64,000 nt of DNA from an uncultured Shimia sp. (GTDB lineage Bacteria; Pseudomonadota; Alphaproteobacteria; Rhodobacterales; Rhodobacteraceae): assembly GCA_937897325.1 (NCBI GenBank), contig CALCOY010000096.1, positions 31,755 through 95,754 on the forward strand, in the 5' to 3' direction. The notes beneath the pieces were generated by a model that was not told the origin of the DNA, searched no databases, and saw only the letters and a list, made by a program, of their open reading frames with translations. This document shows positions 26,446 to 37,071 of the stretch, in pieces. How positions within the stretch are numbered: the first letter of the stretch is position 1; the number at the start of each line of letters is the position of its first letter. Made by a program: the position numbers and the translations under genes.

Positions 26446-27819
26446 TCAGCAATTGGGCACGTTGACAGCAAGACCACCCAGGGCGGTCTCTTTATACTTC
26501 TCGCTCATGTCGGCGCCGGTTTGACGCATCGTTTCAATACAGGCATCCAGAGGAACAAGATGTGTGCCATCGCCGCGCAAAGCCAGGGAGGCCGCTGACA
26601 CGGCTTTGATGGCGCCGAGGCCATTGCGTTCGATACAGGGCACCTGAACGAGGCCCCTAATGGGATCGCAGGTCATGCCGAGGTGGTGTTCAAGCGCAAT
26701 CTCTGCTGCGTTCTCGACCTGCTCGGGCGTGCCGCCCATCACCGCGCAGAGGCCCGCCGCCGACATGGCACTGGCGCTGCCGACTTCGGCTTGGCAGCCC
26801 GCTTCGGCACCCGAGATCGAGGCGTTGAATTTCACGATGCCGCCGATCGCCGCGGCTGTCAGCAGGAAGTTCTGCACCTGGCTTTGCGTGGCACCGGGCA
26901 CATGATCAAGGTAGTAGCGCAAGGTTGCAGGTAGAACGCCAGCCGCACCGTTTGTTGGCGCCGTCACGACCTGACCGCCAGCTGCGTTTTCCTCGTTGAC
27001 TGCCATGGCGTAGACGCTGATCCAGTCATTTATGGTATGTGGCGCCGTCTGGTTGAGCCTGCGTTCGTTCAGGAGGGCCTCATAAATGGCCTTGGCCCGA
27101 CGCCTGACCTTCAGTCCGCCGGGCAGGATGCCATCATTTGTGAGCCCCCGATCAATGCAATCATTCATGACATCCCAGATCCGCGAGATGCCTGTGCAGA
27201 CGCGTTCGGTGCTTTGGCGCGAAAGCTCATTAGCCTCTTTCATCTGGGCTATACTTTTGCCTGAAAGCTTCGCCATTTTCAGCATTTCAGCCGCCGAATG
27301 AAAGGCATAGGGCACGGCAGGGCCCGTACCCGTTTCGATCCCTTTGGCCAATTCGCCTTCTGTCAGGACAAAGCCGCCGCCGACTGAATAGAATACCTCT
27401 TGCAGCACCACGTCGCCTTGCTTGTCGGTCGCCATCAGACGCATGCCGTTGGCATGCCCTGGCAGGGTGGTCTCATAATCGAAGATGAGATCGGTCTTCG
27501 GATCAAATTTCAGCGCGGGTAAACCGACCGGTGACAGCGTGTGAGTGTCCCGGTTGTGCGCCAGAGCGGTTTCTGCCGCATCATGTTCATAGGCCTCTGG
27601 CTCAAAGCCCGCGAGGCCGAGGATCGTGGCGCGGTCGGTGGCGTGCCCGACGCCGGTGAAGGCCAGCGATCCGTGCAGCGACGCGCGAACACCCGCAAAC
27701 CGAAAGGGTGAAGACCGCATCATTTCGAGAAAACGCGCAGCTGCCACCATCGGCCCCATCGTGTGAGAGGATGACGGGCCAATCCCGATCTTGAACATCT
27801 CAAAAACAGACAGGAACAT
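26446..27819 (-). CDS. sdaA: L-serine ammonia-lyase (iron-sulfur dependent, single chain)
   Basis: MFLSVFEMFKIGIGPSSSHTMGPM is a diagnostic N-terminus. The product is 457 aa. Confidence 0.92.
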   Translation of the reverse strand: MFLSVFEMFKIGIGPSSSHTMGPMVAAARFLEMMRSSPFRFAGVRASLHGSLAFTGVGHATDRATILGLAGFEPEAYEHDAAETALAHNRDTHTLSPVGLPALKFDPKTDLIFDYETTLPGHANGMRLMATDKQGDVVLQEVFYSVGGGFVLTEGELAKGIETGTGPAVPYAFHSAAEMLKMAKLSGKSIAQMKEANELSRQSTERVCTGISRIWDVMNDCIDRGLTNDGILPGGLKVRRRAKAIYEALLNERRLNQTAPHTINDWISVYAMAVNEENAAGGQVVTAPTNGAAGVLPATLRYYLDHVPGATQSQVQNFLLTAAAIGGIVKFNASISGAEAGCQAEVGSASAMSAAGLCAVMGGTPEQVENAAEIALEHHLGMTCDPIRGLVQVPCIERNGLGAIKAVSAASLALRGDGTHLVPLDACIETMRQTGADMSEKYKETALGGLAVNVPNC

Positions 27820-28036
27820 CTTTCATCTCGTGCATTCGGGGTCGGCATGTGCCATTTCTGTCCAGATAGGTCGACCCGCCGCGTTTACATGTTCGAAATG
27901 CGACACCTTGTTTCCGAATTGCGGAGATCCTGCCCAAATGCAGACAGACCGCACCAATCCGAACTTTTTCATGCAACGCCTCGCGTGCAGGTGTGGCGAT
28001 GACTATAAGGGCGCAAATCACAGCAAGAATCGGCCC

Positions 28037-28825
28037 ATGCCTGAAGAACTCTCCCCGATAGACAAGGCCAAGTATGTCGCTGCCCGTCGGGCGGCGGATT
28101 ATGTCGAGGACGGGATGCGGGTTGGTTTGGGCACAGGCTCAACAGCGGCTTGGCTTGTGCGTTGCCTGGGCGAGATGGTACGTGACGAGGGCCTCAAGAT
28201 CCGGGGCGTGCCGACATCGACCCGTACCGCTGATCTTGCGCGCAAAGTGGGGATCGAGGTGATCACCCTCGACGAGGCGCGTTGGTTGGACCTCACGATT
28301 GATGGGGCGGATGAATTTGACCCCGACCTTAATTTGATCAAAGGCGGAGGTGGTGCCCTTTTGCATGAAAAGATCGTGGCGACAGCCAGCGATCAGATGA
28401 TCGTGATCGCAGATGCCGGCAAGGAGGTTGAGCATCTGGGCGCGTTTCCCCTGCCGGTAGAGGTCATTCCTTTGGGCTGGAAGACGACGCAATCGCTGAT
28501 CGAGGAAACGCTGGTTTCGATGGATGTCATGGGCCGGTCCTCAAGTCTGAGGATGAATGCAGAAAAGCCCTTCATCACGGATGAGGGCAACTATATCCTC
28601 GACCTACATCTGGGCCGGATTGGCAATCCTCGGCAATTTGCCCTGGTGATGAATCAGATGCCGGGGGTGGTCGAAAACGGGATATTCGTCGATATATGCG
28701 ACACAGTGATCATCGGTTTTGCCGATGGGCGGATCGAGTTGCGCGACCTCAACGAAGGCAGCGTTCGTCAGGGCGTGGTTGAGGTTGCAGAAAATGACAA
28801 TCTGTTCACGGATCTGGCAGACTAG
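28037..28825 (+). CDS. rpiA: Ribose-5-phosphate isomerase A
   Basis: From the internal ATG (MPEELSPIDKAK) the motifs GLGTGSTA, DGADE and KGGGGALLHEKIV are present. The product is 262 aa. Confidence 0.9.
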   Translation: MPEELSPIDKAKYVAARRAADYVEDGMRVGLGTGSTAAWLVRCLGEMVRDEGLKIRGVPTSTRTADLARKVGIEVITLDEARWLDLTIDGADEFDPDLNLIKGGGGALLHEKIVATASDQMIVIADAGKEVEHLGAFPLPVEVIPLGWKTTQSLIEETLVSMDVMGRSSSLRMNAEKPFITDEGNYILDLHLGRIGNPRQFALVMNQMPGVVENGIFVDICDTVIIGFADGRIELRDLNEGSVRQGVVEVAENDNLFTDLAD

Positions 28826-28902
28826 ATTTCGCAATATGGTAAGCACCAAGGCTTTATCCTATATGCGGCTCTGTCTAAAACACCATGAAAAGGGCTTCTG
28901 CC

Positions 28903-30369
28903 ATGAGCGACTATGACTATGACCTCTTCGTCATCGGTGGTGGTTCCGGGGGGGTCCGGGCGGCCAGGGTCGCAGCAGGAGAGGCTGGCGCCAAGGTCGC
29001 CCTTGCCGAAGCGGATCGCTACGGCGGCACCTGCGTCATTCGGGGATGTGTGCCGAAAAAGCTGATGGTCTTCGCCTCTGAGTTTTCCGACATGCCAATG
29101 ACCGGTCGCGCCTATGGCTGGGACATCAAAGACGGGACGTTCGACTGGCCGATGTTCCGCGATCACCTGAATTCGGAGCTTGATCGTCTTGAAGGGGTCT
29201 ATCGGAGCTTGCTTGACGGATCCGGCGTTGAGATGTTCGATGCGCGGGCCCGTTTGAAAGAAGCCCATACGGTCGAATTGTCTACCGGCGAGACGAAGAC
29301 GGCCAAGACAATTCTCATCGCAACGGGGGGGCATCCTGTTCGGCCAGACATTCCCAATGCAGATCTGGGGATCGTATCGGACGACATCTTTCATCTTGAG
29401 GCCCTGCCCAAATCGATCCTGATTGTGGGCGGTGGCTACATCGCTTGCGAATTTGCTTGCATCATGAATGGGCTCGGCGTTGAGGTGACCCAGTATTACC
29501 GTGGGGCGCAGATCCTGCGGGGCTTTGATGAAGAAGCCCGGGGCCTTGTGGCCGAAGCGATGCGCGCGCGTGGCATCAATCTGTTTGTCGGCACCAACAT
29601 CGTTGAGATGGCGCCGGCGGGCGAAGATCATACCGCATCCTGGACAGGCACATCGTCGGATGCTGCGATGGGGGCCAGCGCTACGCAAACGGCTGAACTC
29701 GTGAAATCGACCCAGGAGGATCGGCGCGGCCCCATCTGGGTGAAATCCACAAATGGGGGCGAGAAGGTCTTTGACATGGTTCTTTTTGCAACCGGTCGCG
29801 ACCCCAACACGAAAGATATGGGGTTGGAGGATGCCGGGGTCGAGATCGGTCGCCGGGGTGAGATCGTGGTGGACAACTATAGCAAGACAGCCGTCGACAA
29901 CATCTACGCGATTGGAGATGTGACGAACCGCGTGAACCTGACCCCAGTTGCAATACGTGAAGGTATGGCATTCGTCGAAACCGCCATGAAGGGCAATCCG
30001 ACACCTGTCGATCACGAATTGATCCCCTCGGCTATCTTCACCCAGCCTGAGATGGGCACGGTCGGATTGAGCGAGGAGGATGCGCGCGACCAGGAAGAGA
30101 TCGAGGTCTACTGCACCTCGTTTCGGCCCATGAAAACGGCCTTTGCGGGACAATCCGATCGGGTATTGATGAAACTTGTCGTCTCAAAAGAAACTCGGAA
30201 AGTTTTGGGATGCCATATCGTGGCACCGGATGCGGGTGAAATGATCCAACTTGCTGGTGTCGCGATAAAAATGGGGGCAACCAAAGAGGATTTTGACCGT
30301 ACGGTGGCGGTTCATCCGACCATGTCGGAAGAGATTGTGACCATGCGAAGCCCCGTTCGTACGGTATAA
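28903..30369 (+). CDS. gor: Glutathione-disulfide reductase (with an extra roughly 35-aa segment)
   Basis: MSDYDYDLFVIGGGSGGV is followed by the redox-active GGTCVIRGCVPKK motif and the C-terminal HPTMSEE motif. The product is 488 aa. Confidence 0.9.
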   Translation: MSDYDYDLFVIGGGSGGVRAARVAAGEAGAKVALAEADRYGGTCVIRGCVPKKLMVFASEFSDMPMTGRAYGWDIKDGTFDWPMFRDHLNSELDRLEGVYRSLLDGSGVEMFDARARLKEAHTVELSTGETKTAKTILIATGGHPVRPDIPNADLGIVSDDIFHLEALPKSILIVGGGYIACEFACIMNGLGVEVTQYYRGAQILRGFDEEARGLVAEAMRARGINLFVGTNIVEMAPAGEDHTASWTGTSSDAAMGASATQTAELVKSTQEDRRGPIWVKSTNGGEKVFDMVLFATGRDPNTKDMGLEDAGVEIGRRGEIVVDNYSKTAVDNIYAIGDVTNRVNLTPVAIREGMAFVETAMKGNPTPVDHELIPSAIFTQPEMGTVGLSEEDARDQEEIEVYCTSFRPMKTAFAGQSDRVLMKLVVSKETRKVLGCHIVAPDAGEMIQLAGVAIKMGATKEDFDRTVAVHPTMSEEIVTMRSPVRTV

Positions 30370-30464
30370 CGGATCAAAGGCACTATATCTTGAAATATGG
30401 GCCAAAAACGACAGGTAATACGCGAGGCGTGCGACCGGACGCAAGAAGAAGGGAAAATCACTAG

Positions 30465-31643
30465 ATGGCTGGTAACAATGGCGGTCCCTGGGGGGGCGGC
30501 GGTAACTCGGGCGGGAATGACGGGCGCGGTGGAGGTCGCGGATCCAACAATGGTGGCGGCGGCGGGCGCAGGCCCGGCGATGACGGTCCCCAGATCCCCG
30601 AGATCGATGAACTGGTCAAAAAAGGACAAGAGCAACTGCGGGTTCTGATCGGTGGGCGCGGTGGCGGTACAGGTGGTGGTCGTGGTGGCGATGGCGGTCC
30701 AAGCGGGCCCTTCCTGACACGCGGAACCGTTGGACTTGGCGCTTTGGTCGCTTTGGTCGTCTGGCTGGCGGCCAGTCTCTACACGGTTCGGCCCGAGGAA
30801 CAATCGGTCGAACTTTTCTTGGGTGAGTATTACGCTACCGGCAATTCCGGTCTGAACTTCGCACCCTGGCCGTTGATCACGGCCGAGGTTCTGCCCGTCA
30901 CGCGAGAACAAACTGAAACGATCGGCGCGACAAGTGCTGGGCGTGGCGATATAGGCCTGATGCTGACCACGGATGAAAATATCATCGACATCGACTTTCA
31001 GGTTGTTTGGAACATAAGTGATCCCGCGAAGTATCTTTTTAATCTGGCCGAGCCGGAAGAGACGATCCGCGCGGTGTCCGAATCCGCGATGCGCGAAGTG
31101 ATTGCGCGCTCTGAACTGGCGCCGATCTTGAACCGGGATCGTCAGGTCATCGCGGACGAAGCCGAACAGTTGATCCAGACAACGCTTGATCAATATGATA
31201 GCGGGGTCAATATCATCCGTCTCAACCTCGACAAGGCAGACCCGCCGCGCGAGGTGATTGACAGCTTCCGCGAAGTGCAGGCGGCGGAACAGGAACGTGA
31301 CCGGCTTCAGCGTCAGGCGGACGCCTATGCGAACCGAGTGCTTGCGGGCGCCCGCGGTGAAGCGGCCCAGCTACTGGAACAAGCCGAAGGCTATCGTGCT
31401 CAGCAGGTCAACGAAGCTGAAGGTGAAGCAAGCCGCTTTTCGTCAGTGCTTGAGGAGTATGCAAAGGCGCCTGAGGTCACGCGGAAACGTCTCTATCTCG
31501 AAACGATGGAGCAGGTCCTAGGCCGTGTCGACAAGATCATTCTTGACGAGAATGGCTCGGGAGGCGGCCAGGGGGTCGTGCCATACCTGCCGCTCAACGA
31601 ATTGCGCCGCGGTGCTGCGGCCCCGACCGGAGGAAACAACTGA
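30465..31643 (+). CDS. hflK: FtsH protease modulator HflK
   Basis: The product has a Gly-rich N-terminus, one TM and an SPFH/band-7 domain. Its stop overlaps the hflC start. Confidence 0.9.
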   Translation: MAGNNGGPWGGGGNSGGNDGRGGGRGSNNGGGGGRRPGDDGPQIPEIDELVKKGQEQLRVLIGGRGGGTGGGRGGDGGPSGPFLTRGTVGLGALVALVVWLAASLYTVRPEEQSVELFLGEYYATGNSGLNFAPWPLITAEVLPVTREQTETIGATSAGRGDIGLMLTTDENIIDIDFQVVWNISDPAKYLFNLAEPEETIRAVSESAMREVIARSELAPILNRDRQVIADEAEQLIQTTLDQYDSGVNIIRLNLDKADPPREVIDSFREVQAAEQERDRLQRQADAYANRVLAGARGEAAQLLEQAEGYRAQQVNEAEGEASRFSSVLEEYAKAPEVTRKRLYLETMEQVLGRVDKIILDENGSGGGQGVVPYLPLNELRRGAAAPTGGNN

Positions 31644-32542
31644 TGCGTCGCTCTGCTTTTCTGCTCCCCGTCGTCGTCGTGATCCTGGCGCTGCTGCTCA
31701 GTTCGATCTTCATCGTGGACGAACGCGAAAAGGCTCTGGTCCTTCAGTTTGGCCAGATCAGATCAGTGAAAGAAGAACCTGGACTGGCCTTCAAGTTACC
31801 GGTAATCCAAGAGGTCGTACGTTATGACGACCGTATTCTCGCACTCGACACCGTGCCGACCGAGGTTACGCCTTCGGATGACCGCCGTCTCGTGGTTGAC
31901 GCGTTCGCGCGCTATCGCATATCGGATGTGGTGCAGTTCCGTCAGGCCGTCGGTGTTGGTGGCATGCGCGCTGCGGAGGACCGCCTTGAAGGCATCCTGA
32001 ACCCTGTGATTAGGGCGGTGCTCGGTTCGGATGGTGTGACGTCGAACACCATCCTTTCAGCGGATCGCTCTGCATTGATGGGGCGGATCACCGAACAGGC
32101 GCGCCAGCGGGCACGTCCCCTTGGCCTTCAGGTGATTGACGTGCGTCTCAAGCAGACCAACCTGCCGGAACAGAACCTGGATGCGACATTTGCCCGGATG
32201 CGGGCCGAACGGGAACGTGAGGCTGCGGACGAGATCGCGCGCGGTGAAGAAGCTGCACAGAGGGTTCGGGCGCAGGCTGATCGGACGGTGGTCGAATTGA
32301 CCTCGGATGCACAGCGCCAGGCGGACATCATCCGCGGTGAGGCCGACGCCGAACGCAACGCGATCTTCGCGCAGGCCTTCGGGTCCGATCCGGAATTCTT
32401 CGAATTCTACCGCTCCCTCAACGCTTATCAGCGGTCGCTTCAAGGCAGCAATTCCACGATGGTTCTGTCGCCAGATTCAGAGTTCTTCAACTACCTTAAA
32501 TCGCCGACCGGCCGGACCGAGGCACCCCCCCCAAGCAACTGA
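31643..32542 (+). CDS. hflC: FtsH protease modulator HflC
   Basis: The product has an N-terminal TM, an SPFH domain (ALVLQFGQI) and a coiled region (RAEREREA). Confidence 0.9.
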   Translation: MRRSAFLLPVVVVILALLLSSIFIVDEREKALVLQFGQIRSVKEEPGLAFKLPVIQEVVRYDDRILALDTVPTEVTPSDDRRLVVDAFARYRISDVVQFRQAVGVGGMRAAEDRLEGILNPVIRAVLGSDGVTSNTILSADRSALMGRITEQARQRARPLGLQVIDVRLKQTNLPEQNLDATFARMRAEREREAADEIARGEEAAQRVRAQADRTVVELTSDAQRQADIIRGEADAERNAIFAQAFGSDPEFFEFYRSLNAYQRSLQGSNSTMVLSPDSEFFNYLKSPTGRTEAPPPSN

Positions 32543-32739
32543 TGGGTTGGGTTCTTCTGTCCATCGGCCTTGTGCTGGTCGTCGAGGGGCTGGCCTATGT
32601 GCTGGCCCCTTCGCTAATAGAGCGCTTGCTAGAGATGCTGCGGACCCTTCCGATGGACGCGCGTCGTCAAGTTGGGGCGCTGGCCTTTGTGAGTGGTCTG
32701 ATCCTTGTCTACGGCGCGTTTCTTTTGGGCGTCGGATAG
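32542..32739 (+). CDS. Small membrane protein (DUF2065-like)
   Basis: The 65-aa product has two TM segments. Its start overlaps the hflC stop (TGATG), which is the usual hflKC-DUF2065-degP arrangement. Confidence 0.62.
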   Translation: MGWVLLSIGLVLVVEGLAYVLAPSLIERLLEMLRTLPMDARRQVGALAFVSGLILVYGAFLLGVG

Positions 32740-32902
32740 CGCGGTGATCACGCGCTGCTCACATTCAGTTGACAGATCGCCGATCACGTACATCTTTAAT
32801 GTTGCAGAGCGGCAACTATAAATACTGTGTTAAGCGCAGTGGCGCAGGTATATACGTGAAATCGGCCGATGAGGCCAGAACAGACATGCAGGAGAATGCA
32901 GC

Positions 32903-34378
32903 ATGCAGCCGAAGGCAATAGCCCTTTCGAGACAGCTCCCCTCAACAGCGTATCTACGCGCTTTCTGGTTCAGCATACTGACCCTCGCGTTTGTGATCGC
33001 TCAAACCATCGTCGCGCAGGCGCGGCCCGAAAGCCTTGCACCCTTGGCCGAAGAGATCAGCCCGTCCGTGGTGAACATCACGACGTCAACGACAGTGGCC
33101 CGCAACACGCAGCCCCGGGGCATTGTGCCCGAAGGCTCGCCTTTCGAAGATTTCTTCCGCGAATTTCAGGATCGCAACAACAACAACCCACAGCAACCAC
33201 GCAGATCTTCCGCGCTTGGCTCCGGCTTTGTGATCTCGGAAGATGGCTTCGTTGTGACGAACAACCACGTGATTGAAGGCGCCGACGAAATCCTTGTGGA
33301 ATTTTTCAACGGCAACGAACTCAAGGCCGAGGTTGTCGGCACCGACCCCAACACCGACATCGCGCTTCTCAAGGTCGAAGCGGATCTTCAATTGCCCTTT
33401 GTGCCTTTCGGCAATTCCGATACGGCGCGCGTTGGTGACTGGGTGATCGCTATGGGCAACCCGCTTGGACAGGGCTTTTCGGTCTCTGCAGGGATCGTAT
33501 CCGCCCGCAATCGCGCGCTGAGCGGGGCTTATGATGACTACATCCAGACTGACGCGGCGATCAACCGGGGCAATTCAGGTGGTCCGCTTTTTAACATGAA
33601 CGGCGAAGTGATCGGCGTGAACACCGCAATTCTCTCACCTAATGGTGGTTCAATTGGCATTGGCTTTTCCATGGCCTCGAATGTCGTTACCCGGGTGATC
33701 GATCAGCTCAAGGAATTTGGTGAAACCCGTAGAGGTTGGCTGGGTGTGCGCATTCAGGATGTGACTGATGACATTGCAGAGGCCATGGGACTTGAGAAAG
33801 TCGCGGGTGCCCTCGTGACCTCCGTGCCTGAAGGTCCGGCAAAAGAAGCTGGCATGCAAGACGGCGACGTTATTTTGAATTTCGATGGTGTAGAAGTGGC
33901 CGACACACGTGGCCTTGTGCGTCAGGTGGGGGCAAGCCCCGTGGGTGAAACCGTGCGGGTGCTTGTCTTCCGCGAGGGTGAGACAGTCACCTTGCGCGTC
34001 ACCCTCGGCCGCCGGGAAGAAGCCGATGGCGCCGTGCCTGCGGCTGCACCTGCGCCTGATGAAGAAGCTGAGCCGCAGACAAAGGACATCCTTGGCTTGT
34101 CCCTGCAAGTTCTCAGCGATGATCTGCGGGCAGAGTTGGGCCTTGAGGAAAGCCAGGCAGGTCTTGCTGTGACAGCGGTAGACGAAGCTTCCGAAGCCTT
34201 TGAGAAAGGTCTGCGGACGGGTGACGTCATCACCGAAGCGGGTCAACAAACGGTTGAGACGCTGGCGGATTTTGAAGATCGTCTGGAAGAGGTCCGCGAG
34301 GCCGGGCGCAAGTCGCTTTTGCTTCTGGTGCGGCGTGGAGGCGATCCACGCTTTGTGGCGCTCGGTTTGACCGAATAG
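32903..34378 (+). CDS. Do/DegP/HtrA-family periplasmic serine endoprotease with two PDZ domains
   Basis: The catalytic triad contexts are intact: TNNHV (His), DIALLK (Asp) and GNSGGPL (Ser). A signal/anchor is present at the N-terminus. Confidence 0.9.
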   Translation: MQPKAIALSRQLPSTAYLRAFWFSILTLAFVIAQTIVAQARPESLAPLAEEISPSVVNITTSTTVARNTQPRGIVPEGSPFEDFFREFQDRNNNNPQQPRRSSALGSGFVISEDGFVVTNNHVIEGADEILVEFFNGNELKAEVVGTDPNTDIALLKVEADLQLPFVPFGNSDTARVGDWVIAMGNPLGQGFSVSAGIVSARNRALSGAYDDYIQTDAAINRGNSGGPLFNMNGEVIGVNTAILSPNGGSIGIGFSMASNVVTRVIDQLKEFGETRRGWLGVRIQDVTDDIAEAMGLEKVAGALVTSVPEGPAKEAGMQDGDVILNFDGVEVADTRGLVRQVGASPVGETVRVLVFREGETVTLRVTLGRREEADGAVPAAAPAPDEEAEPQTKDILGLSLQVLSDDLRAELGLEESQAGLAVTAVDEASEAFEKGLRTGDVITEAGQQTVETLADFEDRLEEVREAGRKSLLLLVRRGGDPRFVALGLTE

Positions 34379-34848
<470 letters not shown>

Positions 34849-34849
<1 letters not shown>

Positions 34850-35640
34850 TGTTGCGCGGCGCGGCGCTGGTATGTGTTCTGTTAGCTCTGCCGCTGATTT
34901 CAGAGGCTTGCACCGAATCTCCGTTGATCCGCGATGATCTCATTGTGCCCGGATCGATGACGCAGACGAAACAGGGGGAGCCGGTGGCGGCTTGGTACGA
35001 AGACCTGACCGACCGTTATCCTCATGCCGCTTTGGGTGATGCGCTGGAGCCGACCACGCTGCGTGTCTATGGGGCCGAAACTTCGGCCAATTGTGGCCTT
35101 TCCTTTACAACGGATGCAACGCACGTATTCGAAGACGTGGCCCCACGCCTTATCGATCTTGATGGTGACGGACGGAATGAAATCATTACCGTGCGCAGTC
35201 ACCAATCGAAGGGCGCGCAATTGGCGATCTTCGGACAAGGGAATGACGCGCTGAACCTGCTCGCGACAACGCCATATATCGGCACGCGAAATCGCTGGCT
35301 TGCGCCGCTTGGCGCGGCAGATCTTGATGGTGACGGGCGCATGGAGGTCGCTTACATTGACCGTCCACATCTCGCCAAAACATTGCGGATCTGGCGGTTC
35401 GAAAAAGGTGATCTGGAGGAGGTGGCCGCCATTCGCGGTCTGACCAATCACCGGATCGGAGAACGAGACATTGCTGGTGGTATCCGCCGTTGCAACGGCA
35501 GCCCTGAAATGATCCTGGCAAGCGGCGATTGGTCAAAGCTGCTCGCGCTTCGTTGGGACGGGAAAGACACGTCTGTCGAGGTCATCGGCAATGACACGTC
35601 GCGTCCAGCCTTTGCGGCCGCCATGAAGTGTCCCAACTGA
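34849..35640 (+). CDS. Secreted protein with FG-GAP/VCBS-like Ca-binding repeats
   Basis: A signal peptide (MLRGAALVCVLLALPLISEA) is present. There are two DLDGDGR(N/M)E motifs. The start overlaps the ferredoxin stop (TGATG). Confidence 0.55.
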
Positions 35641-35672
35641 TGGGTACAACAGAAGTGTGAACACGCGCGCGG

Positions 35673-36944
35673 TCAGCGCTGCGCCAGGACACGCCAGCCG
35701 ATGTCAGACCTATAAAAGCCGCCCGGCCAGTCAATGTCTTCAACCATACAATAGGCGGCCTTTGCTGCGTCCGCCAAAGAGCTTGAACGTGCGGTCACAT
35801 TCAGAACGCGCCCGCCTGTTGCAATGAACTTGCCGTCGCGCCGCGCCGTTCCGGCATGAAAAACCTTGCGCCGGCTGTCCTGATCCAGTCTTTCGAGCCC
35901 AGAAATCACGGTTCCTTTGTCGTAGGCATCTGGATATCCATCGGCGGCCATCACGACGGTTACCGCGTGATCATTGGCCCAATTGACCTGGGCCTCGCCG
36001 AGCCGCCCTTCGGCTGCGGAATGCATCAGATCCAGCGCTTGCCCTCCCAGCCGCATCATCAACACCTGACATTCCGGGTCGCCGAAACGGACATTGTATT
36101 CCACCAGCCGCGGCTGACCATTTTCGATCATTAGACCCGCATAGAGAACACCCTGATAGGGAGTGCCGCGTCGCGCCATTTCTTCCATGGTCGGCCGGAC
36201 AATCTCGTCCAGCGCGCGTTGCGCGACCGCGTCGTCCAGAACCGGAGCTGGGGAGTATGCCCCCATGCCGCCGGTATTGGGGCCCGTATCGCCTTCGCCG
36301 ACGCGCTTATGATCCTGTGCGGTACCGATGGGCAATAGATCGATGCCATCGCAGAGTATGAAGAATGAGGCCTCTTCACCAGACATGAATTCCTCTATCA
36401 CAACCTCTGCTCCCGCACCCCCGAAGGCACCGCCGAACATGTCGTCAACTGCTGCCTCGGCCTGCGCAACCGTCTCGGCCACGATGACACCCTTGCCCGC
36501 TGCCAGCCCATCGGCCTTTACGACGATTGGCGCGCCCTGTTCGCGGATGTAGGCCTTCGCGGCCCGGGCGTCCGTAAAATGCGCGTAGATCGCGGTAGGC
36601 GCGCCGACCGCATCGCAGATGGATTTGGTAAAGGCCTTTGATGCCTCAAGCGCTGCGGCAGCCTGTGACGGCCCGAAAACCAGCACGCTCGCCTCGCGTA
36701 ATCTGTCGGCCACACCTGCAGCCAGAGGAGCTTCAGGGCCGATGATCACGAAATCGATCGCCTCTTCCTCGGCAAATCGCACAACGTCCGCGCCGTTTTC
36801 TATATTGAGATTGGCGCAATCGGCTATCTCGGCAATCCCAGCATTGCCAGGTGCCACGACTAGCCTGTCACATTTGGGGTTTTGCAAGACGGCCCAGGCC
36901 AGCGCATGCTCCCGTCCGCCGCCGCCTAGGATAAGTATGTTCAT
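35673..36944 (-). CDS. purD: Phosphoribosylamine--glycine ligase
   Basis: From MNILILGGGGREHALAW the ATP-grasp body follows. The product is 423 aa. Confidence 0.95.
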   Translation of the reverse strand: MNILILGGGGREHALAWAVLQNPKCDRLVVAPGNAGIAEIADCANLNIENGADVVRFAEEEAIDFVIIGPEAPLAAGVADRLREASVLVFGPSQAAAALEASKAFTKSICDAVGAPTAIYAHFTDARAAKAYIREQGAPIVVKADGLAAGKGVIVAETVAQAEAAVDDMFGGAFGGAGAEVVIEEFMSGEEASFFILCDGIDLLPIGTAQDHKRVGEGDTGPNTGGMGAYSPAPVLDDAVAQRALDEIVRPTMEEMARRGTPYQGVLYAGLMIENGQPRLVEYNVRFGDPECQVLMMRLGGQALDLMHSAAEGRLGEAQVNWANDHAVTVVMAADGYPDAYDKGTVISGLERLDQDSRRKVFHAGTARRDGKFIATGGRVLNVTARSSSLADAAKAAYCMVEDIDWPGGFYRSDIGWRVLAQR

Positions 36945-37071
36945 TGTCGTATTCCCTGCCTTGTCTGGCCCGCTCTTAGCCACAGGCGCGGATGCGTGCA
37001 AGGCACGCTTGGGTGGGGACTATTTTCAATCTCACGCTGCTGAATTATGCTACATTGATGAAAAGAAAAAG

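Noticed and set aside
28822-30153. A 443-aa ORF on the minus strand opposite the glutathione reductase gene.
   Set aside because: It lies entirely antisense to a gene with unmistakable Gor motifs. Its translation is Arg/Gly/His/Pro-rich with no recognisable domain, which is typical of a high-GC shadow frame.
30312-31193. A 293-aa minus-strand ORF opposite hflK.
   Set aside because: It is a shadow ORF of the Gly-rich hflK 5' region and SPFH domain, and it has no motifs.
32747-32765. AGCGCG-gtgatca-CGCGCT hairpin just after the DUF2065 gene, considered as a terminator. TTGACA at 32769 was considered as the degP promoter -35 element.
   Set aside because: There is no U-run after the hairpin. 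No acceptable -10 hexamer lies at 16-19 nt from the TTGACA. I could not support either call.
36619-37071. The long N-terminal extension of the xseA track ORF. Similar extensions affect pyrG, purA, rpiA, purD, petA, petC, metZ, folE2, the AGCS gene, usp, the SBP gene, rlmJ, both terB genes and glyQ.
   Set aside because: The extensions overlap neighbouring genes or promoter regions. Internal ATG or GTG codons reproduce the canonical N-termini of each family and often have a Shine-Dalgarno or a start/stop overlap.
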